The notes beneath the pieces were generated by a model, which searched no databases, had not been told where the DNA came from, and saw only the letters and a program-made list of their open reading frames with translations. From an uncultured Pseudomonadales bacterium (GTDB lineage: Bacteria; Patescibacteriota; Microgenomatia; UBA1400; RBG-16-45-19), in assembly GCA_964441155.1 (NCBI GenBank), contig CAYYKL010000001.1:152393-216392 (forward strand): a stretch of DNA of 64,000 bases, in the 5' to 3' direction. The position numbers and the translations under genes are program-made. Shown piece after piece: positions 48,740 through 57,722 of the stretch; position 1 is the first letter of the stretch; every line of letters starts with the position of its first letter.

Positions 48740-49438
48740 TTATTTTGCTTTTTTAGTTGGTTTTTTATTTATCGGTTTTTTAACGATTGGTTTTGCAACC
48801 ACAGCTTCTTTTTTGGGTTCCACTTTTTGAAAAGGAGCATGAGTCTTGGGAGCAGCAGGCGTATCTTTGGTCACTTTTTTGGGCTCATCGACTTGGATCT
48901 TTTTGACGGCGACAAGTGAGCCAATTTCTTTGAGCGCTTCAAACGTTGCCCACACATTGTTCATTTTGTTACTTGAACCCATGATTTTGCACACAATGTT
49001 TTCCAAACCCGCTGCTTCAACCACTGAGCGAACAGCACCGCCGGCAATAACTCCAGTTCCTTGTGGAGCAGGCTTCAAGAAAACTCGAGCAGCACCGTAT
49101 TTCATTTCGTAGGCAAATGGAATGGTGCCCTTGCGAGTTGGAACACTGATCATTCGTTTTCGGGCTCGTTTGACGCTTTTTTTAATGGCTGAGAGCACAT
49201 CAGTTGCTTTACCGATTGCGACACCGACTTTACCATCTCTGTCGCCAACCACCACTAAACAAGTAAAGGTAATATGGTTGCCACCTTTAGTTTTTTTGGT
49301 AACCCGTTTGATTTCGACTACTTTTTCATCGAATTCAGACTGCGGAGCCTGACCATGACCGCCAGGACGACCGCCACGATTCTGATTGTTATTGTTTCGA
49401 TTATTAGGATTATTGGTGTTGGTGTTAGGGTTGTTCAT
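48740..49438 (-). CDS. rpsE: 30S ribosomal protein S5, with an Asn/Pro-rich N-terminal and a Lys-rich C-terminal extension.
   Basis: Core VVEIKRVTKKTKGGNHITFTCLVVVGDRDGKVGVAIGKA, flanked by MNNPNTNTNNPNNRNNNNQNR and a KKPxxKKP tail. Confidence 0.9.
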   Translation of the reverse strand: MNNPNTNTNNPNNRNNNNQNRGGRPGGHGQAPQSEFDEKVVEIKRVTKKTKGGNHITFTCLVVVGDRDGKVGVAIGKATDVLSAIKKSVKRARKRMISVPTRKGTIPFAYEMKYGAARVFLKPAPQGTGVIAGGAVRSVVEAAGLENIVCKIMGSSNKMNNVWATFEALKEIGSLVAVKKIQVDEPKKVTKDTPAAPKTHAPFQKVEPKKEAVVAKPIVKKPINKKPTKKAK

Positions 49439-49441
49439 AGG

Positions 49442-49798
49442 TTAGACCTCAATGCCTTGCTGACGAACAGACTCAAGCAATGATTTGATTCGACCATGGT
49501 ATTTATAGCCTCCACGGTCAAAGCACAGTTTGGTAATCTTACTCTTTTTTGCTTTTTGAGCAAGCAGTTCTCCCAAAGCAATCGCTCGGGCTGCTTTAGT
49601 TTCTTTAATGCTTTTTAATTCCTTTTCACTCGCTGCAGTCAGCGTTTTACCTAACGTATCGTCGATGATTTGCGCATAGGTGTGTTTATTGGAGCGATAC
49701 ACACTCAATCGAGGGCGCTCAGTTGTGCCTCTAACTTTACGTCTCACACGGACTTTTCGCGCGGTTCGCTGTGCTTGTAATCTTTGTAGTTTGTTCAT
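49442..49798 (-). CDS. rplR: 50S ribosomal protein L18.
   Basis: RPRLSVYRSNKHTYAQIIDD...GGYKYHGRIKSL. Confidence 0.9.
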   Translation of the reverse strand: MNKLQRLQAQRTARKVRVRRKVRGTTERPRLSVYRSNKHTYAQIIDDTLGKTLTAASEKELKSIKETKAARAIALGELLAQKAKKSKITKLCFDRGGYKYHGRIKSLLESVRQQGIEV

Positions 49799-49817
49799 AG
49801 GTATGCCTTAATCTTTT

Positions 49818-50363
49818 TTAAGAACCTGTCTTGGCTGCTTTACCAGCTTTTCGCCTAATTACTTCACCTTGATAGCGAATGCCTTTGCCTTTGTAAGGCT
49901 CTGGAGGTCGTAATTTTCGAATATTTGCAGCTGCCTGACCCACAATTTGTTTGTTAATGCCACTTATCACAATGACCGTATCTGATTCGCAAGCGAACTC
50001 GACTCCGTCAACTGCTTTAAAAACATCAGGGTGTGAATGGCCAACACTTATAGACAGATCTGATCCTTGTTTTTTAGCGCGGTAACCGGTGCCCACTAAT
50101 TCTAGTTTTTTGCTAAATCCTTCATTCACACCAATAATATGACTTCCCAGAATACTCCTCACCATGCCATGCATGGCTCTGGTTTGGCGCTCATCGTTTT
50201 TTCGCTTGACACTCACGGTGTTTTCATCAATGGTCACGACAATCCCAGCAGGGACTGCAAGTGTTAGCTCGCCCTTTGGCCCCTTAACTAATATTTGATC
50301 ACCAGTGATCGAAATCGTCACTGAGCTCGGGAGCTGTAATGCTTTATTTCCAATTCGGCTCAT
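49818..50363 (-). CDS. rplF: 50S ribosomal protein L6.
   Basis: MSRIGNKALQLPSSVTISITGDQILVKGPKGEL. Confidence 0.9.
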   Translation of the reverse strand: MSRIGNKALQLPSSVTISITGDQILVKGPKGELTLAVPAGIVVTIDENTVSVKRKNDERQTRAMHGMVRSILGSHIIGVNEGFSKKLELVGTGYRAKKQGSDLSISVGHSHPDVFKAVDGVEFACESDTVIVISGINKQIVGQAAANIRKLRPPEPYKGKGIRYQGEVIRRKAGKAAKTGS

Positions 50364-50366
50364 AGC

Positions 50367-50756
50367 TTAATAGACTCGACAGAGAACTTCCCCGCCCAAG
50401 TTTTCCTTTTTAGCTTGTTTATCGGTGAGCAAGCCTTTGCTGGTTGAGATCACCAACATGCCATGTCCACCCAAGACTGGTTTAATATATTTCGCTTGCA
50501 AATAGGTGCGCCTACCCGGGCTTGAAATTCGGTCAATTTTTTTGACGACTGCAATAGGGCCTTCATATTTAAGGGTAATAAGAATTTCTTGCTTAATTCC
50601 CTCACCCTCAAGCACGAAACTATCAAGGTAGCCTTGCTCAGAGAGCACTTTGGTTAACGCCAGCTTGGCCTTTGAATAAGGCACACGGACGGTGGCTTTT
50701 TTAGCCAGGTACGCGTTTCTAATTCGAGTTAATAAATCTGCAATCGGATCGGTCAT
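50367..50756 (-). CDS. rpsH: 30S ribosomal protein S8.
   Basis: DPIADLLTRIRNAYLAKK. Confidence 0.9.
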   Translation of the reverse strand: MTDPIADLLTRIRNAYLAKKATVRVPYSKAKLALTKVLSEQGYLDSFVLEGEGIKQEILITLKYEGPIAVVKKIDRISSPGRRTYLQAKYIKPVLGGHGMLVISTSKGLLTDKQAKKENLGGEVLCRVY

Positions 50757-50771
50757 ATCGGTTAAAACTTT

Positions 50772-50957
50772 CTAGTGGCTCGCTTTCACGACACCGGGTA
50801 ACTCACCTTTGTGGGCCATTTTTCTAAAACATAATCTACATAAGCCAAATTGACGCATATATGCTCGAGGTCGACCACATAGTTTGCAGCGATTTCGATG
50901 GCGGTTCGCAAACCTGAGCTTTTTATCTTCTCGTAATATTTTTGATAGTTTTGCCAT
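50772..50957 (-). CDS. rpsN: 30S ribosomal protein S14 type Z (zinc-binding).
   Basis: 61 aa with [22 protein letters not shown]. Confidence 0.9.
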   Translation of the reverse strand: MAKLSKILREDKKLRFANRHRNRCKLCGRPRAYMRQFGLCRLCFRKMAHKGELPGVVKASH

Positions 50958-51505
50958 TATTTACTTTCTTTTTTAAAAGGCATGCCAAGTAATTCTAAAA
51001 GCAAGCGACCTTCTTCTGGATTGGTGGCAGTGGAAATAATATTTATTTGTAAGCCCCGAACTCTGTCGATTTTATCATAGTCTATCTCTGGGAAAACAAT
51101 CTGTTCGGTCATGCCTAATGAGTAATTACCCGCTTGATCAAATGCATCAGTTGGGACACCCTGAAAGTCTTTTAATCGGGGCAGCACGATGCGAATTACT
51201 TTGTTCAAAAATTGATACATACGCTCGCCGCGTAAGGTTACAACCAGTCCGATTGGATCTCCCTGACGCAAGCGAAAAGCAGCAATCGATTTTCTGGCCG
51301 CTGCCACTTTAGCCTTTTGACCAGTAATCTGTGCCAGCTGCTCGCCCATACTTTTAATTGCTTGATCCTGATGTTGGGGTTCTGACAAACCCACATTAAC
51401 CACAATCTTTTGCAATCTAGGCAACGAGAGCGTATTTTTGCGACCAAGCTTTTTTTTAAGCTCAGGCACAATTTCATCAAAATAGCGTTTTTTAAGTTCG
51501 TCCAT
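50957..51505 (-). CDS. rplE: 50S ribosomal protein L5.
   Basis: [15 protein letters not shown]...position in the spc block. Confidence 0.9.
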   Translation of the reverse strand: MDELKKRYFDEIVPELKKKLGRKNTLSLPRLQKIVVNVGLSEPQHQDQAIKSMGEQLAQITGQKAKVAAARKSIAAFRLRQGDPIGLVVTLRGERMYQFLNKVIRIVLPRLKDFQGVPTDAFDQAGNYSLGMTEQIVFPEIDYDKIDRVRGLQINIISTATNPEEGRLLLELLGMPFKKESK

Positions 51506-51521
51506 AAGTATCTTTATTTAG

Positions 51522-51833
51522 TTATTTATCTAATGGTTTTCCTGATTTAACACAGATGCGCATAGCTTCGCCAGTCTTAGCCCGCTCGATGCGAACACGC
51601 GTCACTTTGCCTGTATGCGGGCTAATTAATTGCACTTTACTTTGAGCCAATGGTCGCTCAATCTCAACTATTTGACCTGGTTGTGTACCCTGCTTTTTAA
51701 TGTGGCGTTTATATTTATTGGCTCCTTCAACCACGACCGTTCCCAATTTTGGAAACACTTTCGTGATCTTGCCTTTGTAGCCGCGGTCTTTGCCCGCAAT
51801 AACCGCTACTTGGTCGTTTACTTTTAATCTCAT
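51522..51833 (-). CDS. rplX: 50S ribosomal protein L24.
   Basis: KOW motif MRLKVNDQVAVIAGKDRGYKGKI. Confidence 0.9.
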   Translation of the reverse strand: MRLKVNDQVAVIAGKDRGYKGKITKVFPKLGTVVVEGANKYKRHIKKQGTQPGQIVEIERPLAQSKVQLISPHTGKVTRVRIERAKTGEAMRICVKSGKPLDK

Positions 51834-51842
51834 GATTTTCCT

Positions 51843-52217
51843 TTATAAAACTTCTGGTGCCAAAGAGGCAATCTTACTGAAACCTTTTTCTTTAACTTCA
51901 CGAGCAATCGGCCCAAAAATTCGGGTGCCGCGGGGATTTTGATTTTTCAATCCCTCGATTATGACAGCAGCGTTATCATCAAAACGAATATAACTACCAT
52001 CGGCACGTCGAGTTTCTTTTCGTGTTCGAACAATCACCGCTTTGACCACTTCGCCTTTTTTAACCTGACCTTGTGGGTCAGAAGCAATGACCGAAGCGGT
52101 AATAATATCACCGACATAGCCATAGACATGTCTCGAGCCACCATGGATGTGGATTAAGCGCAAGCGCTTGGCGCCTGAATTATCTGCTAGTTGTAGAACT
52201 GATCGTAATTGCAACAT
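51843..52217 (-). CDS. rplN: 50S ribosomal protein L14.
   Basis: [19 protein letters not shown]. Confidence 0.9.
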   Translation of the reverse strand: MLQLRSVLQLADNSGAKRLRLIHIHGGSRHVYGYVGDIITASVIASDPQGQVKKGEVVKAVIVRTRKETRRADGSYIRFDDNAAVIIEGLKNQNPRGTRIFGPIAREVKEKGFSKIASLAPEVL

Positions 52218-52229
52218 AAATTTTCTTGG

Positions 52230-52469
52230 TTATACTTTTTTAGTGACTATTGATTGCAGGGCAAACCGTTTGAGTTTGCTCCTGGGCCTATCGGGGATAA
52301 AGGCAACAGTGTCCCCAACGGTCACTTCATTTTTTTCGTCATGAATCAAATACTTTTTAGCTTTCTTAATAGTTTTACGGTATACAGGGTGCAACCACTG
52401 CGTAGTGACTTCGACAACTGCCGTTTTATCCATTTTGATTGAGGTGACGGTGCCTACAAATGTTTTCAT
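52230..52469 (-). CDS. rpsQ: 30S ribosomal protein S17.
   Basis: KTFVGTVTSIKMDKTAVVEV...HDE. ATGA overlap with rpmC. Confidence 0.9.
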   Translation of the reverse strand: MKTFVGTVTSIKMDKTAVVEVTTQWLHPVYRKTIKKAKKYLIHDEKNEVTVGDTVAFIPDRPRSKLKRFALQSIVTKKV

Positions 52470-52681
52470 TGCGAAATCTCCTCAAGCAGTTTTTTTTCAT
52501 GTAAGATAGTTTTAATTTGAGCCATATCTTTTCTAATCTGTTTAGTTAGTCCTGTATTTTTGACTGTTTGCATAGTTCGCTCTAAGCGAGCGGTGGTCAG
52601 TGATACTGCCAGTTCGCTTAATTTATCCACCAAGGCTTTGGTGTCTTTTTCTTTTAGCTGATCTAAGTCTTTACGTTTCAT
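52466..52681 (-). CDS. rpmC: 50S ribosomal protein L29.
   Basis: 71 aa helical protein MKRKDLDQLKEKDTKALVDKLSEL. Confidence 0.85.
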   Translation of the reverse strand: MKRKDLDQLKEKDTKALVDKLSELAVSLTTARLERTMQTVKNTGLTKQIRKDMAQIKTILHEKKLLEEISQ

Positions 52682-52683
52682 GA

Positions 52684-53088
52684 TTATTTCTCAATAAAAG
52701 ATGTTCTAAACGGTAGCTTGTGGCCAGCTTTGCGAAACGCTTCTCGGGCTGTCTCTTCGGTGACTCCGGCCAATTCAAAAACAATTTTCCCCGGCTTGAC
52801 TACGGCTACATATTGTTCAATGTCGCCCTTGCCTGAGCCCATTTTGGCTCCAGCGGCCTTTTTGGTTACCGGTTTATATGGAAATACCCGAATCCATAAC
52901 TTACCGATACGCTTGGTGTGATGCGATATGGTTTTGCGAGCAGCTTCGATTTGCTTGGCAGTCAACCACTTGGCATCAAGGGCTTTCAGGCCAAAATCAC
53001 CAAAGTCTACACTATTGCCTCGCAGAGCAATGCCTGAGCGCTTGCCCCGAAACTCTTTGCGGTATTTTCGTTTTTTAGGTTGTAACAT
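52684..53088 (-). CDS. rplP: 50S ribosomal protein L16.
   Basis: [21 protein letters not shown]. Confidence 0.9.
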   Translation of the reverse strand: MLQPKKRKYRKEFRGKRSGIALRGNSVDFGDFGLKALDAKWLTAKQIEAARKTISHHTKRIGKLWIRVFPYKPVTKKAAGAKMGSGKGDIEQYVAVVKPGKIVFELAGVTEETAREAFRKAGHKLPFRTSFIEK

Positions 53089-53090
53089 AG

Positions 53091-53747
53091 TTACTCAGTT
53101 GCTCGCTCACCTTTATAAATATAGACTTTGATGCCAACATACCCGGACTTGGTTAATGCTGGTTCCTCGGCGTAATCGATATCAGCCCGCAGCGTTTGGG
53201 TCGGCACTGTGCCGCGACCATATTTCTCGGTCCGACCAATTTCAGCCCCGCCAATACGTCCGGAAAGGATGATTTTAACCCCTTTTGCTCCAGATTGCAT
53301 CACTTTATCCAAAGCTTGTGTTACAGCTCTACGATGTGGGTAACGTTTTTCCAGTTGATCTTTGATTCGATTCAACACCAACTGAGCCTGCATATCTGGA
53401 TCTTTAACTTCTTCAACTTTGACTTCAACCTTAGTTTTCTTGCGATCGGTGTCAGCAATTTTCAACAGTTTGTTGATTTCTTTACGTAGCTCTTCTAAGT
53501 TGACTCCGCCTCGTCCAATGACCACACCAGGTCGGGACACAAAAATATTTACTTTGATCGTATTGATGGATCGCTCGATGACCACCTGGGTCAGCCCAGC
53601 AGATCTCAATTTATTGCTCAAATATTTACGCAATTTAAAGTCTTCCAAAACTTGCTCTTGGTATTGCTTACCTTCTGCAAACCAGGTTGATTTCCAGTTG
53701 TACAAAGGGCCTAAACGAAAGCCGAATGGATGTACTTTTTGTCCCAT
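53091..53747 (-). CDS. rpsC: 30S ribosomal protein S3.
   Basis: [13 protein letters not shown]...KH domain. Confidence 0.9.
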   Translation of the reverse strand: MGQKVHPFGFRLGPLYNWKSTWFAEGKQYQEQVLEDFKLRKYLSNKLRSAGLTQVVIERSINTIKVNIFVSRPGVVIGRGGVNLEELRKEINKLLKIADTDRKKTKVEVKVEEVKDPDMQAQLVLNRIKDQLEKRYPHRRAVTQALDKVMQSGAKGVKIILSGRIGGAEIGRTEKYGRGTVPTQTLRADIDYAEEPALTKSGYVGIKVYIYKGERATE

Positions 53748-53759
53748 AATTTCCTTTTT

Positions 53760-54104
53760 CTAAAGTGTCGAACCTTTAAGTGTAACTTTTACGTGGCTTA
53801 ATCGTTTGATAATTGAGTGAGCTCGACCTCGCGACACTGCTTGAAACCGTTTCAGGCGTGGGCCTTCCATGACTTCAATTGTTTCGATTTTTAACGTTTT
53901 AGCATCGGCTTGCTTGCCGCTAACAGCATTTGCCTTAGCTTGAGTCACCGCTTTGCGCACCACAACTGCTGCTCGCTGGGGCATAACTTGCAAAAGCTTA
54001 AGACTGTCATCAACTTGACGCCCTCTGACTGCATTTGCGATTAGACGCATTTTGCGAGGAGTGAGGCGCAAAAACTTTTGTGTAGCGGTTGCGGTAATAT
54101 CCAT
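53760..54104 (-). CDS. rplV: 50S ribosomal protein L22.
   Basis: ATQKFLRLTPRKMRLIANAVRG. Confidence 0.9.
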   Translation of the reverse strand: MDITATATQKFLRLTPRKMRLIANAVRGRQVDDSLKLLQVMPQRAAVVVRKAVTQAKANAVSGKQADAKTLKIETIEVMEGPRLKRFQAVSRGRAHSIIKRLSHVKVTLKGSTL

Positions 54105-54114
54105 ACGTATCTTT

Positions 54115-54399
54115 TTAGGTCTTGGTTAATAAGCGTTTAACAATGCGGCCATGGCCTCTAAAAGTGCGCGTAGGAGAAAATTCTCCTAAGCGATGTCCAA
54201 CCATAGCCTCAGACACAAACACTTCTTTAAATAATTTGCCGTTATGCACTAAAAACGTGAAGCCAACAAATTCAGGTGGAATTTGACTGCTTCTAGCCCA
54301 GGTTTTGATGGGCTGTTTTGTCCCCATTTGTTTTTGCATACTGACTTTTTTAGCCAGCTTCTCATCAACGTAGGGTCCTTTTTTACTTGATCGACTCAT
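54115..54399 (-). CDS. rpsS: 30S ribosomal protein S19.
   Basis: [14 protein letters not shown]...[17 protein letters not shown]. Confidence 0.9.
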   Translation of the reverse strand: MSRSSKKGPYVDEKLAKKVSMQKQMGTKQPIKTWARSSQIPPEFVGFTFLVHNGKLFKEVFVSEAMVGHRLGEFSPTRTFRGHGRIVKRLLTKT

Positions 54400-54401
54400 A
54401 G

Positions 54402-55232
54402 TTACTTACTCCGGCGGTCACGAATAATATACCGGTTAGAATATTTTTTAAGTTTTCTTGTCTTTTTGCCCAGTGCTTTCTTGCCCCAGGGGGTTTTTGG
54501 TGCTTTCATACCAATTCCAGATCGGCCTTCTCCACCACCATGTGGATGAGCCGCCGGATGCATAGCCACACCACGAACTGAAGGACGCCATCCCATATTT
54601 CGGCGCCGACCAGCTTTTCCATACTTAATTATCTTGTGTTCTTGGTTACTTACCTGACCAATAGTAGCACGGCAGTCAAGAGAAATCAGGCGGAGCTCTT
54701 TGCTCGGAAGTAAGACTTGGGCGAATTTTCCTTCTTTGCTTTGGAGCGTTGCGGCAGTTCCGGCTCCGCGCACCATTTGGCCACCTTTTCCAGGAGTTAA
54801 TTCAATGTTGTGAATGGGAGTTCCTAGAGGGATTTCTCTCAATGGCAAGCTATTGCCGGGCTTAATTTCGGCCTTATCTCCAGACATGACTTCATGACCG
54901 ACAACCATACCGTCGGGTGCCAAGATGTAACGCTTGTCGCCATCAACGTAGTTGACGAGAGCAATGTCGGCACTGCGGTTTGGATCATATTCAATCGAAA
55001 CCACTTTACCCATAACATCAATTTTATTGCGCCTAAAATCTATGAGTCGAAGTTTGCGTTTTTGAGCCCCTCCTCGATGACGAATAGTAATTTTACCCTG
55101 ATTATTGCGGCCCGTAATTTTGCTTTTGATTTTACTCAAAGCTTTTAATGGCTTTTTGGTCGAATACTTCTTGCTTGAAATGTAAGAAGCATGTCGGCGG
55201 CCGTTACTGGTAGGTCTTGATTGAGTGATCAT
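54402..55232 (-). CDS. rplB: 50S ribosomal protein L2.
   Basis: [22 protein letters not shown]...GGGEGR. Confidence 0.9.
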   Translation of the reverse strand: MITQSRPTSNGRRHASYISSKKYSTKKPLKALSKIKSKITGRNNQGKITIRHRGGAQKRKLRLIDFRRNKIDVMGKVVSIEYDPNRSADIALVNYVDGDKRYILAPDGMVVGHEVMSGDKAEIKPGNSLPLREIPLGTPIHNIELTPGKGGQMVRGAGTAATLQSKEGKFAQVLLPSKELRLISLDCRATIGQVSNQEHKIIKYGKAGRRRNMGWRPSVRGVAMHPAAHPHGGGEGRSGIGMKAPKTPWGKKALGKKTRKLKKYSNRYIIRDRRSK

Positions 55233-55235
55233 AGT

Positions 55236-55535
55236 TTAAGCTTGATTATTAGTTTCAAATAAAGGCAAGGATTCGCCTTGTTTTAATTGAATATATGCAC
55301 GTTTTACCTTTGAGGTAGCTGTCGGTAATCTTCGCTTACCTGTTCGCTTGGTGAGCGAGGGGAAAGTGACGGTGCGAATACCAATGACATGCACTTTATA
55401 GAGCGATTCAACAGCTAGTTTGATGTCATGCTTGGTTGCTTTCACATCAACCTCGAACATAAAGGTGCTTAAAGCGGCTGCAGCCTGGCTTTTTTCGGTA
55501 ATAATGGGACGTTTTAATACAAAGGCTTGGTTCAT
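55236..55535 (-). CDS. rplW: 50S ribosomal protein L23.
   Basis: Position between rplD and rplB. KATKHDIKLAVESLYKVHV. Confidence 0.85.
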   Translation of the reverse strand: MNQAFVLKRPIITEKSQAAAALSTFMFEVDVKATKHDIKLAVESLYKVHVIGIRTVTFPSLTKRTGKRRLPTATSKVKRAYIQLKQGESLPLFETNNQA

Positions 55536-55544
55536 GGTGATTAC

Positions 55545-56378
55545 TTATGCTACTTTTTTAGTGGTACTTTTTTTGACAGCTGGCTTGGTTGCTGTAGTGG
55601 TTTTCTTGACAGCAGTTGCTTTTTTGCTTTGTTTTTTTGGTGTCTTGCTGGCAACTGCTTTAGTTGTTTTTGGAAGTGAAGCGACTGCTTTGGTGGGTGC
55701 AATTTCGGTGTGAACGACTTCCATTTCCGCTTTGGCTCCAGCATACGTTTGACTCAAAACTGAAATAGACTCTTTTGCAAGGATAATCGTGTTTGCATGG
55801 AGAATTTCGTGAGTATTCAATCGTTTGGCTTGGGTAATCGCAACTCCTTTTAGGTTGGAGCTTGCGTTTATAATGCCTTCAAAGACATCGGGCAAAATGA
55901 TTAATACTTTACGTGTTGTGGGATAGTTAGTCACCTTAGTGAGCAGTTGAATGAATGCTTTGGTTTTATTCTCGACCTTATCAAGGTTGTTCATGACCAC
56001 GAGCTCGTTGTTTTTGACGCGTAAGGAAAGTGCTCCAAGAAGCGCCCTGCGCCGCATTTTCTTAGGGAGTGTTTTTGAAAAATTGGCATTAGCTTTAGGA
56101 CCATGAGCCACACCACCACCCACAAAAATATGTGCTTTTCGTGAACCATGGCGAGCTCGGCCGGTACCTTTTTGACGCCAAATTTTGGCAGTGGTTCGGT
56201 TGACTTCGGATCGACTCTGAGCTTTGCGGGTAGCTTGCCGTTGGTTGGATAAGTACACATTTACTGCCAAAGCAAGAAGCGCAGTTGAAGCCTCTGTTCC
56301 AAAAATGTTTTCGGGCAACTGAGTGTCCCCGATTTTTTCGCCTTTGATTGAATATTCTGGTACGGTTATTGTTTTCAT
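55545..56378 (-). CDS. rplD: 50S ribosomal protein L4, with an approximately 70 aa C-terminal Lys/Ala/Thr-rich extension.
   Basis: AKIWRQKGTGRARHGS core, plus the tail ...KTTKAVASKTPKKQSKKATAVKK. Confidence 0.9.
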   Translation of the reverse strand: MKTITVPEYSIKGEKIGDTQLPENIFGTEASTALLALAVNVYLSNQRQATRKAQSRSEVNRTTAKIWRQKGTGRARHGSRKAHIFVGGGVAHGPKANANFSKTLPKKMRRRALLGALSLRVKNNELVVMNNLDKVENKTKAFIQLLTKVTNYPTTRKVLIILPDVFEGIINASSNLKGVAITQAKRLNTHEILHANTIILAKESISVLSQTYAGAKAEMEVVHTEIAPTKAVASLPKTTKAVASKTPKKQSKKATAVKKTTTATKPAVKKSTTKKVA

Positions 56379-56384
56379 AGTGTT

Positions 56385-57137
56385 TTATTCGTTTGAAGTG
56401 CTTTCAGTAACCACCTCGGATACTTCGGCTTCTTGATTGGTTTCTGGAGTTACTTCGATAGTAGGTTCAACCAAAAGTGATTTTGGATGCATCACTATTT
56501 CTTTTTGGCCGTCACGCATTTTTGTGATCGTCACAAGCGTGCCTTTGTGACCAGGAATTGGGCCGTCAAGAAAAATGAGATGCTTGGTCGTATCGATTGC
56601 CAACACTTGCATGTTGCGAATGGTTTTGATGGCAGTACCCATATGACCGGCCATTTTTTTACCTTTATATACGCGACCCGGCGTTGTTCCTTGTCCGATT
56701 GACCCAGGAGCACGTTCGCGATCTGATTGACCATGGGTTCGTGGTCCACCGGCAAATCCCCAGCGCTTTACGACTCCAGCAAAACCCTTGCCTTTGGTCG
56801 TGCCTGCCACTTTGACGACATCACCAACTTTTAGCAGAGCATCTGCAGATAGTGTGTCTCCCACGCTTAAAGTTTCATCGGGAGCTAATGTTAATTCTTT
56901 GATTCGCTTAGGAGCCATAGTTACACCCGAGGAAAGCAAGTGCTTTGCTTGAGGGTTGTTGGCTTTTTTATTTTTCTGACCCACAACCACTTGAGCCGCA
57001 GTGTAACCATCTTTATCGATAGTTTTAACCTGAGAGACAATCAATGGTTCAATCGACACAATAGTGACACTATGGCGCTTGCCTTGTTTGTCCCACGCTT
57101 GGGTCATCGTTTGTTTGTAGCCAAAATATGTGTTCAT
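56385..57137 (-). CDS. rplC: 50S ribosomal protein L3, with an acidic C-terminal tail.
   Basis: Start placed at the ATG (MNTYFGYKQTMTQAW) at 57137. The longest-ORF start at 57239 adds an implausible 34 aa. GFAGGPRTHGQSDRERAPGSIGQ is the L3 signature. Confidence 0.85.
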   Translation of the reverse strand: MNTYFGYKQTMTQAWDKQGKRHSVTIVSIEPLIVSQVKTIDKDGYTAAQVVVGQKNKKANNPQAKHLLSSGVTMAPKRIKELTLAPDETLSVGDTLSADALLKVGDVVKVAGTTKGKGFAGVVKRWGFAGGPRTHGQSDRERAPGSIGQGTTPGRVYKGKKMAGHMGTAIKTIRNMQVLAIDTTKHLIFLDGPIPGHKGTLVTITKMRDGQKEIVMHPKSLLVEPTIEVTPETNQEAEVSEVVTESTSNE

Positions 57138-57289
57138 AGTTAGTGCGGGTTTTTTAGAGAAAAACCCCGTAAAAAAAGCAACCAAGAACTGGCTGCTTAT
57201 CAAGTGAAAGCATGTAATCAGTTCTCGCTTTACGTTCAATTAAGTTTAGTATGGCGTGCATACGGTAACTTAATTGTTTTGCAGCGAAA

Positions 57290-57308
57290 AAATCTTTAAA
57301 AAAGATTT
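57290..57308 (-). terminator. A/U-rich 8 bp hairpin (AAATCTTT/AAAGATTT) followed by UUUU on the minus strand, 10 nt after the rpsJ stop. Weak terminator or attenuator candidate.
   Basis: Perfect inverted repeat with a 3 nt loop, with a T-run on the coding (minus) strand immediately 3' of it. Confidence 0.25.
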
Positions 57309-57317
57309 AACGCGTAT

Positions 57318-57632
57318 TTACATTTTAATTTCGATACCCACTCCAGCTGGCAATTCCAGATGCATGAGTGAGTCAATGGTTTTTCCGGTTGGCTTAATGA
57401 TATCGATCAAGCGCTTGTGAGTTAAGATTTTAAAGTGTTCCTGTGAGTTCTTGTCCACATGGGGCGACGTGGTAACCGTGAACCCTTTTCGATTGGTGGG
57501 TAGCGGCACGGGACCAACAACTTTCGCTCCAGTTGAAAGGGCAGTTTCTAATATCTTAGCTGCTGCCTCATCAATGACCCGGTGATCAAATGATTTTAAT
57601 CGAACTCTGATTCGCGCTTGAGCGTTTGCCAT
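57318..57632 (-). CDS. rpsJ: 30S ribosomal protein S10.
   Basis: [20 protein letters not shown]...GPVPLPT. Confidence 0.9.
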   Translation of the reverse strand: MANAQARIRVRLKSFDHRVIDEAAAKILETALSTGAKVVGPVPLPTNRKGFTVTTSPHVDKNSQEHFKILTHKRLIDIIKPTGKTIDSLMHLELPAGVGIEIKM

Positions 57633-57676
57633 AATATTTTAAATTGCTTTTTTAGTACTTCTCTTATTAAAGTCAA

Positions 57677-57702
57677 GATCCCGGGTTTTTAAGCCCGGGA
57701 TC
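57677..57702. repeat. Perfect GC-rich 9 bp inverted repeat GATCCCGGG-N8-CCCGGGATC between tuf and rpsJ. Stem-loop of unknown role.
   Basis: Seen directly in the sequence. Not followed by a U-run on either strand. A possible -35 TTGACT lies immediately downstream on the minus strand. Confidence 0.4.
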
Positions 57703-57722
57703 CAAACATGTCTATTATTTAA

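Noticed and set aside
48737-48740. Looked for a hidden rpmD (L30) or other short ribosomal genes missed by the 60 aa ORF cutoff.
   Set aside because: Only rpmJ (L36) was found by hand, between infA and rpsM. No L30-like reading frame fits between rpsE and rplO or elsewhere in the cluster.
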